64,000 bases of DNA from Ostrea edulis (taxonomy: Eukaryota): positions 59,458,001 to 59,522,000 of the forward strand of contig NC_079167.1 of NCBI RefSeq assembly GCF_947568905.1. Reading direction: 5' to 3'. Position numbers and translations under genes: made by a program. Below are positions 62,553 to 64,000 of the stretch, in pieces; position 1 is the stretch's first letter; each line of letters opens with the position of its first letter. The notes beneath the pieces were generated by a model. It was not told the origin of the DNA. It saw nothing but the letters and a program-made list of their open reading frames with translations, and did no database searches.

Positions 62553-62708
62553 CTACAGCACTTGACTGGCAGCACTCTGACTTAGGTAAATAATAGCACC
62601 GACAAAATTCACTCCAGCCGCAATGATAAACACTGGGAACCACCGGCCGTGACTCTGAAGTACAAGTTCTGCTGTTAGTGGTCCACAAGTGATGCCTGGG
62701 ATTGTTGC
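62553..62708 (-). CDS. Terminal coding exon of an SLC17-family (sialin/VGLUT-like) MFS anion transporter; the rest of the gene is outside the window
   Basis: Acceptor ttttctatccctag, then ATIPGITCGPLTAELVLQSHGRWFPVFIIAAGVNFVGAIIYLSQSAASQVL-TAG (52 codons). ATIPG...GP...W..VF.IAA..N..GAI is the TM11-TM12 pattern of SLC17 proteins. Confidence 0.8.
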   Translation of the reverse strand, partial: ATIPGITCGPLTAELVLQSHGRWFPVFIIAAGVNFVGAIIYLSQSAASQVL

Positions 62709-63298
62709 CTAGGGATAGAAAAGAAAAGCGTATATATCAATAAAAGTTTAACATTCATGGCAAACTTATCATACGCTTTGCAAACCAAGTTTGAAGGAAC
62801 ACCTATATCTACCTATCCGTCTGTCCACAATTTTGTAATGGAAAAGTAGTAAAAGTTCACAATACATATCAAAAAGGCTGCTTAGGATATTAAGAGGGTC
62901 TATCTAGACTTGAATCTTGAGTAATTTAAAAGGGTTAAAATCACAGGGTTGGCACGGAAACTAACACTTATTGCAAAAACTGTTAGTAATGCAGAGTTGA
63001 AAGAACTTATACTTGATACAGACAATGCTTACAACAAGAGAGGGTGCCATGAACTTACTATGTAATCTCAAATATCAGTCACTAAAATATGCATAAAATT
63101 CTTGTTTGTGATGTCCCTTCCTAGAGTAAGAATTGTAGGAACATTTTTTTTTCTTCACATGCTTTCGAATATATTATCAATATATAAGAAATTTGGATGT
63201 CAACCACTTATACTACATTCAGTTAAAATCTTAGCTGCAGGATTGTGTAGCTCTCATGGATGGGCTGGACCAACGAGCTACAGATACAGCCATCTTAA

Positions 63299-64000
63299 TG
63301 AGAGGCCCATAAGCCACAATGCTCACCTGGGTCACCTTGGCTCTACTGCTCTTCAGAAGAGTACAGAAAGATTTCGACCCTCTTTATTCCCATGAAAATT
63401 TTACTATGACCTCATCCTAACCCCATTTGGGCATGACTTAACCAAAGTTGAATCCGCACAACATTGAGATATTACTGGTCAAGATTTTTTTGCCTATATC
63501 TATGTATTACGTAAAATTTTATCCCTGCCTTTAGTCCCATCCTAACCACAGGGTATGATTTGAAAAAAAAAAATCTGAATCCACACAACTTGGGAATGTT
63601 TGCATATCAATATAATATTGTGTAGCCCTGCTACTCTTGAAAAGAATTTTTAAAAATTTCCTACATATTCTCATGTAAAACTTTCAATCCCTATTTTAGC
63701 TAACCCTATTCCCAAGGGTCATGATTTGAACGATATGAATCTGCACTACATTGGAATGTTTGCACCAATCATTGGTTCTTGAGAAATTTTTTTTATCATA
63801 TATATTCCCATGTAAAACCATGAATCCATATTGTGGCCCAAACCTACTCCTGGGAATTAATGTGAACCAACTTGAACCTGCATTTCCTGGGAATTATATG
63901 ATTGATCCTGGTCCTGGTGCTATTGGCAATAAAAAAATTTCCTGTATTTTCCTTCCTCCCCATATAAAACTTTACTTCTCCATTGAGGCTCCATCCTACC
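63299..64000 (-). mobile_element. HINE/Helentron-like element running off the window end
   Basis: gagaggcccataagccacaatgctcacctgg matches the reverse complement of the 37412 end, followed by repeated catgatttgaac.aa.tgaatc..cac.aca units. Confidence 0.55.

Overview
This is AT-rich, intron-rich animal DNA. The gene content and repeat types suggest a bivalve mollusc, probably an oyster; that is inference, not a database result. Genes in order are: (1) the last exon of a coiled-coil gene on + (possibly SPATA1-like); (2) a complete 13-exon HDAC3 on - (434 aa); (3) secreted Cu/Zn-SOD3-like gene A on + (332 aa); (4) glycine decarboxylase GLDC on +, broken by a 200-N gap and with indels clustered beside it; (5) secreted SOD3-like gene B on + (507 aa); (6) the last exon of an SLC17-type transporter on -. 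The rest is mostly non-autonomous transposons, often nested: IS3EU-like MITEs with 6-bp TSDs, hAT-like CAGGG elements with 5/6-bp TSDs, a decayed mariner, an EnSpm-like element carrying DUF4806-like exons, a Kolobok-like element, HINE/Helentron-like elements, tRNA-SINEs and minisatellites. The best candidate for an undescribed system is the pair of secreted SOD3-fold proteins. Both have G/Q/N/P/F low-complexity arms, both replace the catalytic Arg with Pro, one also lacks a Cu ligand, and both start with QF after the signal peptide and end in QGK (possible pyroglutamate and amide capping). A second recurring pattern is short tandem duplications that copy splice sites in HDAC3 and GLDC and create decoy acceptors and donors. 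All exon calls were made by hand from splice signals, phase arithmetic and remembered family motifs; no searches were run.
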